From Halobacteriaceae archaeon (GTDB lineage: Archaea > Halobacteriota > Halobacteria > Halobacteriales > Halobacteriaceae), in NCBI GenBank assembly GCA_042216675.1, contig JBDGTS010000019.1:1-48569 (forward strand): a stretch of DNA of 48,569 nt, written 5' to 3'. Shown in pieces: positions 10,186 through 19,230 of the stretch; within the stretch, counting starts at the first letter, position 1; each line of letters starts with the position of its first letter. The translations under genes and the position numbers were made by a program. The notes under the pieces are model-generated. The model made no database searches and had not been told where the DNA came from. It was given only the letters and a program-made list of their open reading frames with translations.

Positions 10186-10860
10186 CTACGACGCGAGCGC
10201 TCGGATCGGTCGAAGGAGGCGCCGGACCGCGCGACGGGTGAGGCCGGTCGCGCCCATCGCCGACTCGTCGAGCGCGTAGCCCTCGTCGGTCTCCGTCACG
10301 ATGCCGGCCGTCGTCATCCTGTCGAGGGCGTCCTCGACCCGCGACTCGGTGAGGTCCGCGGCGTCGGCGAGTTGGGGCACGGTCTGCGGGCCGTCGCGGA
10401 GTTCCTCGACGAGCAGCGACCCGTGTGTCATCGCGACCACCTCCGCGTCGACGTCGATTCCCTCGTCGGTCGGTGTCCGGTCCTCGCCGCGTCGGGAGGC
10501 CGTGAGGCCGTCGAGGACCATCCAGGCGCCGGCGACGACGCCGACGACGCCGAGCACCGCGCCGGGGACGCCGCCGCTCCTCGTCAGGAGGAAGTACGCG
10601 CCGCCGAGGGCGGGGACGACTCCCATCGCGGCGCTGACGAGGGCAGCGTTCACGTCGTCCGTGTGGCGCGCGGCGTCGACCACCTCGAGTGCGACGGCCG
10701 TCACGAGGAACGCGACGAGCAGGTCCACGTCGTCTGCGAGGCTCTGGTCGGGGACGACGCCGACGGCGAGCACGACCGCGAGAGCGAGGACCCCGGACCG
10801 AACGTCGAAGCGCTCACGAGTGGTCCGCAACACGCGGTGGAGGAGTCCGGAAGCGGACAT
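10186..10860 (-). CDS. Membrane protein with C-terminal winged-helix-like domain
   Basis: Four TM segments, then GPQTVPQLADAADLTESRVEDALDRMTTAGIV. Confidence 0.7.
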   Translation of the reverse strand: MSASGLLHRVLRTTRERFDVRSGVLALAVVLAVGVVPDQSLADDVDLLVAFLVTAVALEVVDAARHTDDVNAALVSAAMGVVPALGGAYFLLTRSGGVPGAVLGVVGVVAGAWMVLDGLTASRRGEDRTPTDEGIDVDAEVVAMTHGSLLVEELRDGPQTVPQLADAADLTESRVEDALDRMTTAGIVTETDEGYALDESAMGATGLTRRAVRRLLRPIRALAS

Positions 10861-10920
10861 CAGGCGTGGTTGGGTTCGCCAGCGTGGTAACTGTGGGGCC
10901 GTCTCGGGCGCCCGTGGCGA

Positions 10921-11193
10921 CTACCGGACGTCCGGGTCGACGAACCGGTGCCTGTCGGCGTCGCCCACCTGCCCGACGAACGAGTCGCCGTCGTCGCCGT
11001 CCACGGCCCCGGTCGGATGGAGGCCCACGTCTCGGAGTCGCTCGACTGCCGCCTCGGGGACGGCCGCACCGTGGGGCACCTCCAGCGCCACGACTGGCGT
11101 GCCGAAACTCCGCATCCACCACGCTCGCTCGACGCCGGGGAGCGAGTCCACGGCCGCCGCCACGTCGTCGAGGTCGGCCTCTGCCTGCGCCAT
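10921..11193 (-). CDS. Small hypothetical protein
   Basis: Acidic 90-aa ORF from MAQAEADLDD with haloarchaeal-like codon usage. Confidence 0.55.
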   Translation of the reverse strand: MAQAEADLDDVAAAVDSLPGVERAWWMRSFGTPVVALEVPHGAAVPEAAVERLRDVGLHPTGAVDGDDGDSFVGQVGDADRHRFVDPDVR

Positions 11194-11293
11194 GGGTCCG
11201 CCGACGGGCGCCTCCGCCCTCGGGGTTTCGCGGAACGTGTTCGGGCCGCTCTTCTCACAAGATTTAACCGTGCTTCGGGCGGTAGTACCGGTA

Positions 11294-11821
11294 ATGGCTT
11301 TTGAGGAACTTCTGGAGGACCCGGTAGTGCAGAAGTACCTCCACGAACTCGTCGGTCCGAACGGGATGCCGGTGGCGGCGGCACCCCCTGACGGAGAGGT
11401 GACAGATGAGGAACTCGCGGAACGGCTCGGCCTCGAACTCAACGACGTGCGGCGGGCGCTCTTTATCCTGTACGAGAACGACCTCGCCACGTACCGGCGC
11501 CTCCGCGACGAGGACTCCGGGTGGCTGACGTATCTCTGGACGTTCCAGTACGACAACATTCCCTCCAATCTGGAGGACGAGATGCACCGCCTGCTCGACG
11601 CCCTCGAGAACCGGCGCGAGTACGAACTGGAGAACGAGTTCTACCTGTGTGAGGTCTGCTCGCTCCGCTTCGAGTTCGGCGAGGCGATGGAGCGCGGCTT
11701 CGAGTGCCCCGAGTGTGGCTCCCCGCTCGAATCCATGGAGAACACCCACCTCATCGACGCGATGGAGGAGCGCATCGAGTCCCTGCGCGACGAACTCGGC
11801 GTCCAGCAGGTCGAGGCATAA
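11294..11821 (+). CDS. tfe: Transcription factor E alpha subunit
   Basis: TDEELAERLG.ELNDVRRALFILYE, GWLTYLW, zinc ribbon CEVC..CPECG; TTTAAC box at about -30. Confidence 0.95.
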   Translation: MAFEELLEDPVVQKYLHELVGPNGMPVAAAPPDGEVTDEELAERLGLELNDVRRALFILYENDLATYRRLRDEDSGWLTYLWTFQYDNIPSNLEDEMHRLLDALENRREYELENEFYLCEVCSLRFEFGEAMERGFECPECGSPLESMENTHLIDAMEERIESLRDELGVQQVEA

Positions 11822-12486
11822 TGGTCGTCCTCGCGACGAAACTGTACGTGGGCGGCGACGCCCGTGAACGAGCGCTCGACAGCCTCCGGTCGCTCGTCGG
11901 CAACGACATCGGTGACCTCGACGTCGAGTGGGACCTCGGCGTGCGACACGACGACTTCCCCTCCGTCACCATCGAGGGGGAGGACGCCGTCGCCGCCCGC
12001 AACGCCCTCCGCGCGGAGTGGGGCGAGATTCCCGCCCAACTCGAGGACGGCGAGGAGTACGTGGGCACCCTCGACGAGTGGGACGAGGACGGCATCGTCC
12101 TCGACGCGGGCGAACGCGTCCGCATTCCCGCCGAGGAAATCGGCCTCGGCCCCGGCGACCCCTCTCAGATTCGGCGGCGCTACGGCCTCGTCCAGCATCT
12201 CCCGATGCGCTTCGTCAACGAGGAGACGCCGCGTCTCGCCGAGGCGGAGCAGGACCGCCTCTACGAATGGACCCGCGGCGTCGGCCGCGTCAACGTGAAC
12301 AGCGCCACCCGAGCGGAGGTGCGCGCGACGGTCAATCGCGCCGGTCACGCCCAAGACATCGTCACGGTCGAGCGACTGGGTCTGCTGGAGCAGTCTATCG
12401 TCTGCCGCGAGGGGACGGACCCGCCCGGTCTGCTGGCCGACATCGGGGAGTATCTCCCCTCGGAACTGCTCGCCGTCGTTCCATGA
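11821..12486 (+). CDS. DUF2110-like protein
   Basis: TAATG overlap with tfe; GHAQDIVTVERLGLLEQSIVC and TDPPGL motifs. Confidence 0.85.
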   Translation: MVVLATKLYVGGDARERALDSLRSLVGNDIGDLDVEWDLGVRHDDFPSVTIEGEDAVAARNALRAEWGEIPAQLEDGEEYVGTLDEWDEDGIVLDAGERVRIPAEEIGLGPGDPSQIRRRYGLVQHLPMRFVNEETPRLAEAEQDRLYEWTRGVGRVNVNSATRAEVRATVNRAGHAQDIVTVERLGLLEQSIVCREGTDPPGLLADIGEYLPSELLAVVP

Positions 12487-13193
12487 GCCGCCGCGCGCTC
12501 GCCGCGCTCGCGCTCGTCTCGCTCGCCCTCCTCGCAGGCTGTGGGAGCGGCGGCGTCGACCGCTCGGCCCTGAACGAATCGGCCGACTACGACTTCGACC
12601 GCGACGCGACGGTCACCTACGACATCACCAAGGGCGACCACGCGGCCATCGTCGACGTCACGGCCGCGAACCGCACGACGTTCGAACTGTACTGGCACGC
12701 CGAACTCGGCGGCCGACAGCCACTCTCCATCGAGGCCCTGCAGTTCCGCTATCCGAACGGCACCGTCGTCGGCGCCGGTGCGTTCACCGTCGAGCGCTCG
12801 GGGAGCAAGACAGTCATCGAGGCGCCCGCGGGGAACGGGACGATGGCGTTCACTGCGAGCGTCGGCGACCAGCACCTCGACCGGCCGGTCATCGCCGAGG
12901 GGTCACACGAGGTCATCCTCCCCCGCGGCATGCGCGTCGCCGCACCCGTGTTCGGTGACGTGAGCCCCGGCGGCTACACCACGGAGATGGAGAACGGCCG
13001 CGTCCACGTCCGGTGGAACGAGACGCCCAGCGGGTCGCTCAGCGTCGACTACTACCTCGAACGGGACTTCTGGCTGTTCACCGGGCTCGTCGGCCTGCTG
13101 ACTGTCGTCGGCCTCGTCGGCGTTGCCTACTTCCGCCACCAGATTCGACTGCTGGAGCGGCAACGCGAGGCGGCGGACCACTTCGAGGAGTGA
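12483..13193 (+). CDS. DUF5803-like lipoprotein with C-terminal TM anchor
   Basis: ATGA overlap; MSRR signal with LAGC lipobox; FRYPNGT; C-terminal TM helix. Confidence 0.8.
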   Translation: MSRRALAALALVSLALLAGCGSGGVDRSALNESADYDFDRDATVTYDITKGDHAAIVDVTAANRTTFELYWHAELGGRQPLSIEALQFRYPNGTVVGAGAFTVERSGSKTVIEAPAGNGTMAFTASVGDQHLDRPVIAEGSHEVILPRGMRVAAPVFGDVSPGGYTTEMENGRVHVRWNETPSGSLSVDYYLERDFWLFTGLVGLLTVVGLVGVAYFRHQIRLLERQREAADHFEE

Positions 13194-13233
13194 GCGAGGG
13201 CTTTTACGCCGCCGAACCATACGCGAATAGCAG

Positions 13234-13923
13234 ATGCACGTCGCGGTAGTCACCGTCGGCGACGAACTCCTCGTCGGCGAAGTCACGAACACGAACGCCA
13301 CGTGGCTCTGCCAGCGGCTCGCCGAACGCGGCGCGGCCGTCCGCCGCGTCGTGACCGTCCCCGACGACGTGGCCGACATCGCCGAGACGGTTCGGACGCT
13401 CCACGACAGATACGACGCCGTCCTCGTCACGGGCGGCCTCGGGCCGACACACGACGACGTGACGATGGCGGCCGTCGCGACGGCTTTCGACCGCGACCTC
13501 GCGGAGCACTCCGACGCGGTCGCGTGGCTGGACGGTGACAGCGGCTACGACTACGACGACCTGACCGAGGGAACCGGGCATCTGCCCGAGGGTGCCCGCT
13601 TCCTCCCGAACCCGGAGGGCGTCGCACCGGGTGCCGTCGTGGAGGGCGTCTACGTCCTCCCGGGCGTCCCCGGCGAGATGAAGGCGATGTTCGACGCCGT
13701 CGCCGACGAGTTCGACGGCGACGTGAGCCACGTCGAGACGGTGGAGGCCGACGAACCCGAGAGCGCCCTCGTGGACCGCATCGCGACGGCACAGGAGCGC
13801 TTCGACGTGACCATCGGCAGTTATCCGGGGGAGACGGTGCGACTGAAGGTGCGCTCGACGGACCCGGAGGCCGCGGACGCGGCCGCGGACTGGCTCCGCG
13901 AACGCGTGACGCGTCAGCGGTAG
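13234..13923 (+). CDS. CinA-N/molybdopterin-binding domain protein
   Basis: VGDELLVG..NTNA.WL, TGGLGPTHDDVT, LPGVPGEM. Confidence 0.9.
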   Translation: MHVAVVTVGDELLVGEVTNTNATWLCQRLAERGAAVRRVVTVPDDVADIAETVRTLHDRYDAVLVTGGLGPTHDDVTMAAVATAFDRDLAEHSDAVAWLDGDSGYDYDDLTEGTGHLPEGARFLPNPEGVAPGAVVEGVYVLPGVPGEMKAMFDAVADEFDGDVSHVETVEADEPESALVDRIATAQERFDVTIGSYPGETVRLKVRSTDPEAADAAADWLRERVTRQR

Positions 13924-14018
13924 AGAAGCGCCGTCCACGCGACGACGGCCAGCAGTCCGAGCGCCAACACGGCGGCGCCCACGACGTCCATCGGGAGCGC
14001 TGTGGTTTCGAGCAACAT
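13914..14018 (-). CDS. 34-aa single-TM small protein (not in ORF track)
   Basis: MLLETTALPMDVVGAAVLALGLLAVVAWTALLYR*; TTTTATG box about 27 nt upstream on the minus strand. Confidence 0.6.
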   Translation of the reverse strand: MLLETTALPMDVVGAAVLALGLLAVVAWTALLYR

Positions 14019-14096
14019 GGGCGGCTGTTCTCCGAGGACGCTCATAAAACCATCAGTCACGTCGCCCTTTTCCCGCCCGCTCCCCTACCCGTCGGC

Positions 14097-15152
14097 ATGC
14101 GAATCGGCGTCGTCGTCAACCCCGTGGCCGGGATGGGCGGCCGCGTGGGGTTGAAGGGCACGGACGGGCGCGTCGCGGAGGCGCGCCGCCGCGGCGCCGA
14201 GCCTCGCGCACCGGACCGGGCCGTCGAGGCCCTCCAATCGTTCCGCGCCCACGCGCCCGACGCCGAGGTGCTGACGTGGGGCGATTCGATGGGCGAACGC
14301 GAGGCCCGCGACGCCGACCTCGACCCGGCGGTGCTGGGCCGCCCGGACGGCGAGACGGCGGCCTCGGACACCCGCGAGGCCGTCCGCGCCTTCGTGGGCC
14401 GTGACGCGGACCTGATTCTGTTCGTCGGCGGCGACGGCACCGCCGTCGACGTGGCGGAAGCCCTCGACGGCGCCGACGTGCCCGTGTTGGGCGTCCCCGC
14501 TGGCGTCAAAATCTACTCGGCGGTGTTCGCCGTCTCGCCCGACGCGGCGGGCCGCGTCGCCGCGACGTTCGACCGCACCGAGCGCCGCGAGGTGAGCGAC
14601 ATCGACGAGGACGCCTACCGCGAGGGCGAGGTGCGCGCGACGCCCCGGGCCGTCGTCTCGGTACCCGTCGCGGAGGGCGTCCAAGAGCAAAAGCAGTCGC
14701 TCGGCGGGTCCGTCGAGGGGCTCGCCCGGGGCCTCGCCGCCGAGGCCGACCCCGAGGTGACGTACGTCCTCGGGCCGGGTGGGACCCTCGACGCCGTCAA
14801 GGGGGCCTTCGGCTTCGAGGGGTCGCCGCTCGGCGTCGACGTGTGGCGCGACGGCGAGGTGCTGGTGCGTGACGGTTCCGAGTCGGAGATACGGGCCGCA
14901 CTCGGGGACCGGAACGACATCGTCGTCTCGCCCATCGGGGGGCAGGGGTTCATGTTCGGCCGCGGCAACGACCAGATATCGCCGGCCGTCATCCGCCGGA
15001 GCGAGGTGACTGTCGTCGCGTCCCGCGAGAAACTGGCCGAAACGGCCGTGCTCCGCGTCGATACCGGCGATCCGGACCTCGACGAGTCGCTCCGTGGCTG
15101 GCGCCGCGTCCGCGTCGGCCGGGTCGAGCACCAACTCGTCCGTGTTGTATAA
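14097..15152 (+). CDS. ATP-NAD kinase family protein
   Basis: VNPVAGMGGRVGLKGTDG, GGDGT, GVPAGVKIYS, GGQGFMFGRGN. Confidence 0.88.
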   Translation: MRIGVVVNPVAGMGGRVGLKGTDGRVAEARRRGAEPRAPDRAVEALQSFRAHAPDAEVLTWGDSMGEREARDADLDPAVLGRPDGETAASDTREAVRAFVGRDADLILFVGGDGTAVDVAEALDGADVPVLGVPAGVKIYSAVFAVSPDAAGRVAATFDRTERREVSDIDEDAYREGEVRATPRAVVSVPVAEGVQEQKQSLGGSVEGLARGLAAEADPEVTYVLGPGGTLDAVKGAFGFEGSPLGVDVWRDGEVLVRDGSESEIRAALGDRNDIVVSPIGGQGFMFGRGNDQISPAVIRRSEVTVVASREKLAETAVLRVDTGDPDLDESLRGWRRVRVGRVEHQLVRVV

Positions 15153-15198
15153 GGGGATACGGACAAGGTTATATTCGCTGCGCCATCTACCCTTCTGT

Positions 15199-16203
15199 AT
15201 GGACACGCGAAAGATTCAACGGCTGGGGCCCTCGACGCTGGCGATGACCCTCCCGGCCGAGTGGACCAGCGAGCAGAACGTCGAGAAGGGGGACGAGGTC
15301 ACCATCCGCGCCAGCGGCAAGGGGACGCTCACCGTCACGCCCGAGTCCGCCAGCGACGGCGACTCGGAGGCGTCCATCGACGCGCAGAACTTCGACGCCG
15401 ACTCCGTCGAACGCGCCATCGTCGGCCAGTACGTCCTCGGCCGACGCATCATCCACGTCACGAGCGAGGAGGCCCTCGACAGCGCTCACATCAACGCCGT
15501 CTACAAGGCCGAGACGCAACTGATGGGCCTCGGCGTCATCGAGGAGACGCCCGAGCGCATCACCATTCGCTGTTCGGTGGACCCCGAGGACTTCACGCTC
15601 GACAACCTCCTCGAACGACTGGAGAACACCGGGTCGACGATGCGGAGCGAGGCCGTGAAGGCACTCGCCCACGGCAACCCGGACCTCGCGCAACGGGCGC
15701 TCAACCGGGAGCGACAGGCGAACAAGATTTTCGTCCTCCTGCTCCGCCTCATCTTCACCGCCTACCAGAATCCGAGCCTCGCACGCGCGGTGGGACTGGA
15801 CGACGGCTTCCCGCTCATCGGCTACCGCTCGGTGGCGAAGAACCTCGAACTCACCGCCGACGACGCCGAGGACATCGCCGAAATCGCACTGGAGACCGAG
15901 GGGCACACGCTCGAAATCGACCAGCCGACCCTGCGTCGCGTTCGCGAGTTCACCGACCAAGTGGACAAGATGACCGCTCTCGGCGTGCGGGCCGTCGTCG
16001 AACGCGACTACGAACTCACCATCGAGGCGCGCCAACTGTTCCAAGAGATTGGCGACCGGGAGAGCGAGATTCTCGCCGACCTGCCGGAACTCCCCAACGA
16101 GGACTTGCTACAGGTTCGGGAGGTGCTGGTGAGCCTGCAGGAGACCGCACAGTACGCGATGCGGAACGCCGAAATCGCGGCCAATCTCGCACTCGAGGAG
16201 TAG
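15199..16203 (+). CDS. Phosphate uptake regulator, PhoU family with N-terminal AbrB/SpoVT domain
   Basis: MDTRKIQRLGPSTLAMTLPAEW followed by two helical PhoU-type repeats; TTATAT box upstream. Confidence 0.88.
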   Translation: MDTRKIQRLGPSTLAMTLPAEWTSEQNVEKGDEVTIRASGKGTLTVTPESASDGDSEASIDAQNFDADSVERAIVGQYVLGRRIIHVTSEEALDSAHINAVYKAETQLMGLGVIEETPERITIRCSVDPEDFTLDNLLERLENTGSTMRSEAVKALAHGNPDLAQRALNRERQANKIFVLLLRLIFTAYQNPSLARAVGLDDGFPLIGYRSVAKNLELTADDAEDIAEIALETEGHTLEIDQPTLRRVREFTDQVDKMTALGVRAVVERDYELTIEARQLFQEIGDRESEILADLPELPNEDLLQVREVLVSLQETAQYAMRNAEIAANLALEE

Positions 16204-17160
16204 TCAGGCGCCGCTGCCGCCGAAGATGTCCGTCTCTATCTGTTCCTCGTGCGTGAACGCGTCGAGGGGGAGCCGAATCGTCTGGCCGCCGACGCTCGCT
16301 CGCGCGTAGAACGTGATGCGGAGCGTCGAGGACTGGCCGTTCTGGAGGTGTTCGACCCACCACCGGTCGAGATTCGTGTTGTCGATGACGACGTTCGCGC
16401 GTATCGTCTCCGCGCTGTGGGGCTGAATGACGACGGGGTCCTGAGTGGCGCCGTCACCCATGTCGACGCCGGCCATCGTCACGTTGTAGCCGAGTTCGGA
16501 GACGGTGATGGGGTAGCTCTTGGGGTTGTAGACGACGAACGCCATCTTCGTGGGCGTCTCGGACTGCGTGACCTGTCCCCACGACGCCGATGTCTCGTTG
16601 ATGTACGCCACCGGGTCCGAGACGATGGGGTGGTTGGCGTTCACCGCGCGCGTCTCCGTGGAGTTGAACGAACTCAGCAGGTCCGTGTTGATGGTCCGGC
16701 CGGGAAGCGACGTGGTGTAACTCTGGCCCAGCAACGAGGACGTCACCGTCGCCCGAACGTCCACCGTCGTCTGTTCGCCGTTCCGGATGTGGGAGACCCA
16801 CCACTTGGGAATCTGGCTGTTGTCCATCAGCGTCGTCAGCGTGACGGTGCTGTTGCCCGTCCCGATGCTGATACCCGTCTTGTCGCCCGAGGCCATCCGC
16901 ACCTCGTTCATGTCGACGGTGTAGTTCAGCGACACCCCGCCCAGGGAGATGCCGATGGGGTTGGGGTTGTTGACGGTCACGTTCGTCTCGATGACCGTCG
17001 TGGACTCGTTGACGGTGCCAAAGGAGTTCTCCATGCTCTCGACCTGCGGGACGCCGATGACGCCGCCGAAGTAGGCGGCGGCGACACCTACCGCCAACAC
17101 GAGGAGGACCGTGCCGGCGATGCGCAGTTTGCTCCCGAGGAGCGCTGACCGGATGTCCAT
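16204..17160 (-). CDS. LEA type 2 / WHy domain membrane-anchored protein
   Basis: N-terminal TM; two repeats with NPNPI/NPKSY and WWVSHIRNGE/WWVEHLQNGQ. Confidence 0.85.
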   Translation of the reverse strand: MDIRSALLGSKLRIAGTVLLVLAVGVAAAYFGGVIGVPQVESMENSFGTVNESTTVIETNVTVNNPNPIGISLGGVSLNYTVDMNEVRMASGDKTGISIGTGNSTVTLTTLMDNSQIPKWWVSHIRNGEQTTVDVRATVTSSLLGQSYTTSLPGRTINTDLLSSFNSTETRAVNANHPIVSDPVAYINETSASWGQVTQSETPTKMAFVVYNPKSYPITVSELGYNVTMAGVDMGDGATQDPVVIQPHSAETIRANVVIDNTNLDRWWVEHLQNGQSSTLRITFYARASVGGQTIRLPLDAFTHEEQIETDIFGGSGA

Positions 17161-17241
17161 GCTCTACCACGCGACTCGCGCCCGTGAAAGCCTTCTGGCC
17201 CAAAGGAATGAACTAAGTCGCCCCCGCGGAAACGCCCGCCC

Positions 17242-17424
17242 ATGCCTGCCACCGGAACGACCGACATGGGACTCGGACTGACGCTGTTGTTCGGCGCACT
17301 CACGTTCGCCGCCGCCGCATACACCTACGTCGCCCCGTCGCAGGAGGCCACGGCGTGGGGGTTCGCGGCCGCGATGGTGCTGGCGGTGCTGAGCGTCTCG
17401 GCACTTCACGTGTACGGGGAATAA
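17242..17424 (+). CDS. Small 2-TM membrane protein
   Basis: TDMGLGLTLLFG...AWGFAAAMV...HVYGE. Confidence 0.7.
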   Translation: MPATGTTDMGLGLTLLFGALTFAAAAYTYVAPSQEATAWGFAAAMVLAVLSVSALHVYGE

Positions 17425-17456
17425 TCGTTTTACCGCTCGGGAACGTAACGAGAGTG

Positions 17457-17681
17457 ATGACCGATCTCGACGAGGAGGATCGGCGGATCGTCTCGTATCT
17501 CCGTGAGAGCGTAGAGCGCGGCGAGCGGTATTTCCGGGCGAAGAACATCGCCAACAGTATCGGCCTCACGGCGAAGCAGGTGGGGGCCCGCCTCCCGCGT
17601 CTCTCCGAGGAGGCAGAGGACGTGGACATCGAGAAGTGGGGTCGCTCCCGGTCCACGACGTGGCGCGTGGAGCGCGCCTGA
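17457..17681 (+). CDS. Small winged-helix protein (DUF7123-like)
   Basis: YFRAKNIANSIGLTAKQVG..IEKWGRSRSTTWRV. Confidence 0.8.
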   Translation: MTDLDEEDRRIVSYLRESVERGERYFRAKNIANSIGLTAKQVGARLPRLSEEAEDVDIEKWGRSRSTTWRVERA

Positions 17682-17688
17682 GCCGGCG

Positions 17689-17696
17689 TCTTTTTT
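17689..17696 (+). terminator. Oligo-T tract, probable archaeal terminator
   Basis: TCTTTTTT directly after the stop codon. It could also serve as a promoter element for the next gene. Confidence 0.4.
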
Positions 17697-17720
17697 GCTC
17701 CGGGTCGGAGAGTGGGCAGT

Positions 17721-18140
17721 ATGACCGTTCGGGTGACGCGGACGTTCGACCTCGATGCCCCGCCGGAGGACGTGTGGGCCTTCCTCTCGGACCCGGCGAA
17801 GCGCGCGGGGGCGATAAGCGTCGTCGAAGACTACGAGGACACCGAGGACGGGACCGACTGGCACGTCAAGCTCCCGATTCCGGTCGTGAACCAAACCGTG
17901 ACGGTCCACACCCGCGAGGTGGAGCGCGACCCGCCGAACCGCGTCAAATTCGTCGGCCGTTCGCCCGCGTTTCGGGTGACCGGCGAACACGAAATCCGGC
18001 CCCACGGGGACGGCAGTCGCGTCGTGAACACGTTCGTCGTCGAGGGCCACTTCCCGGGCGTCGAGCGATTCTTCAGCGGCAACCTCGACGCGGAACTCGA
18101 CAGACTCGAACGCCGGGTGCGCGAGGCGACGGCGCCCTGA
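17721..18140 (+). CDS. SRPBCC/CoxG family protein
   Basis: APPEDVWAFLSDP start motif; Bet v1-like length and pattern. Confidence 0.85.
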   Translation: MTVRVTRTFDLDAPPEDVWAFLSDPAKRAGAISVVEDYEDTEDGTDWHVKLPIPVVNQTVTVHTREVERDPPNRVKFVGRSPAFRVTGEHEIRPHGDGSRVVNTFVVEGHFPGVERFFSGNLDAELDRLERRVREATAP

Positions 18141-18188
18141 CGCCCGCGGCGATAAACGTTTTTACGTGCCGGACTCGTAGAGTGTCTC

Positions 18189-18300
18189 GCCGGCGCTGTG
18201 ACGCTTTTCTCGTCACTGTCCGGCACGCACCCCCGGCGGATATAGCAGGTGTCCGCCACCTCCCCTCCCGCCTCCGCTCCGCTCCTCGGCCCGGAGCGGT
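18189..18300 (+). ncRNA. Candidate small RNA between convergent genes
   Basis: TTTTTA box at 18159-18164 followed by three hairpins; no credible ORF. Ends are approximate. Confidence 0.35.
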
Positions 18301-18356
18301 CCCGACCCGTCGCCTTTCGCCTCTCACCCCTCGTCCGCAGTCTCTCGCGGTCCCAG

Positions 18357-19154
18357 TCAGGCCGCCACCTTCTCGATTTCGCCCTTCACGACCGTCGCCT
18401 CGAACGCGTGGTCCGGGCGGATGTTGACGAAGTCCAGAAACTCGCGGGCCGCCAGCAGGTCCGCCGTCGAGTACGCCTCGTTCGCGGCGGCGACGGCAGC
18501 GCGCGCGCCAACGAGGGGTGCCAGAGCCGCCAGCGCGCACGCGAGGTCGTAGGCGCGGGCCTCCGCGATTGCGCCCTCTCTGACTTTCGTCGCGTCGATG
18601 AAGTAGAGGTCGCCGTCGGCGACGAGGACGTTCTCCGCGCGCAGGTCCCCGTGCGCGAGGCCGTTCTCGTGGAGGCGGGCGAGCGACCCGAACAGCGCGG
18701 GCGCCAACGCCTCCGCGCGGTCCGCGTCCACGTCGTCGAGCGCTTCGAAGTCCGGTAGATACTCCAAAACGAGGACGCCGAGGCCGTCGTACTCGAAGGC
18801 CTCGACCGGTTCGGGCGCGTTGACGCCGATGTCCCGCATCCGCTCGGTCGCGTCGAGTTCGTGCTTGGCCATTTCGAGGGGCGCGCCGAAGTGCTCGAAG
18901 AAGCCCTCCGTGCCCGAGGAGAACGCGCCGAGGTTCCGCCCCGTCGTGAGGAGTGCGTGGACCAGCGAGTGCTGGGGCGTGATGATCTTCACGAAGAAGC
19001 GGTCGTCGACGACGCAGGGGACCGAGAGCCAGTTGTCCGCGTCGAGGAACTCCACGCGCGCCGTTTGGAGGTCGTATCGGCGGGCGACCTCCCCGGAGAC
19101 CGCTTCGAGGCGGTCCCACGACACGCGGCCGCGGAGAAACCGGCGAAACGCCAT
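18357..19154 (-). CDS. RIO1/Bud32-like atypical protein kinase
   Basis: FVKI, LHENGLAHGDLRAENVL, YFID motifs. Confidence 0.85.
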   Translation of the reverse strand: MAFRRFLRGRVSWDRLEAVSGEVARRYDLQTARVEFLDADNWLSVPCVVDDRFFVKIITPQHSLVHALLTTGRNLGAFSSGTEGFFEHFGAPLEMAKHELDATERMRDIGVNAPEPVEAFEYDGLGVLVLEYLPDFEALDDVDADRAEALAPALFGSLARLHENGLAHGDLRAENVLVADGDLYFIDATKVREGAIAEARAYDLACALAALAPLVGARAAVAAANEAYSTADLLAAREFLDFVNIRPDHAFEATVVKGEIEKVAA

Positions 19155-19230
19155 GGCCTCTCGATAGGCGCGGCCGGCGTTTCAGTCTTCGGGGTGCACG
19201 CTTTTGACGATGCATCGACAGGGGGGAGTC

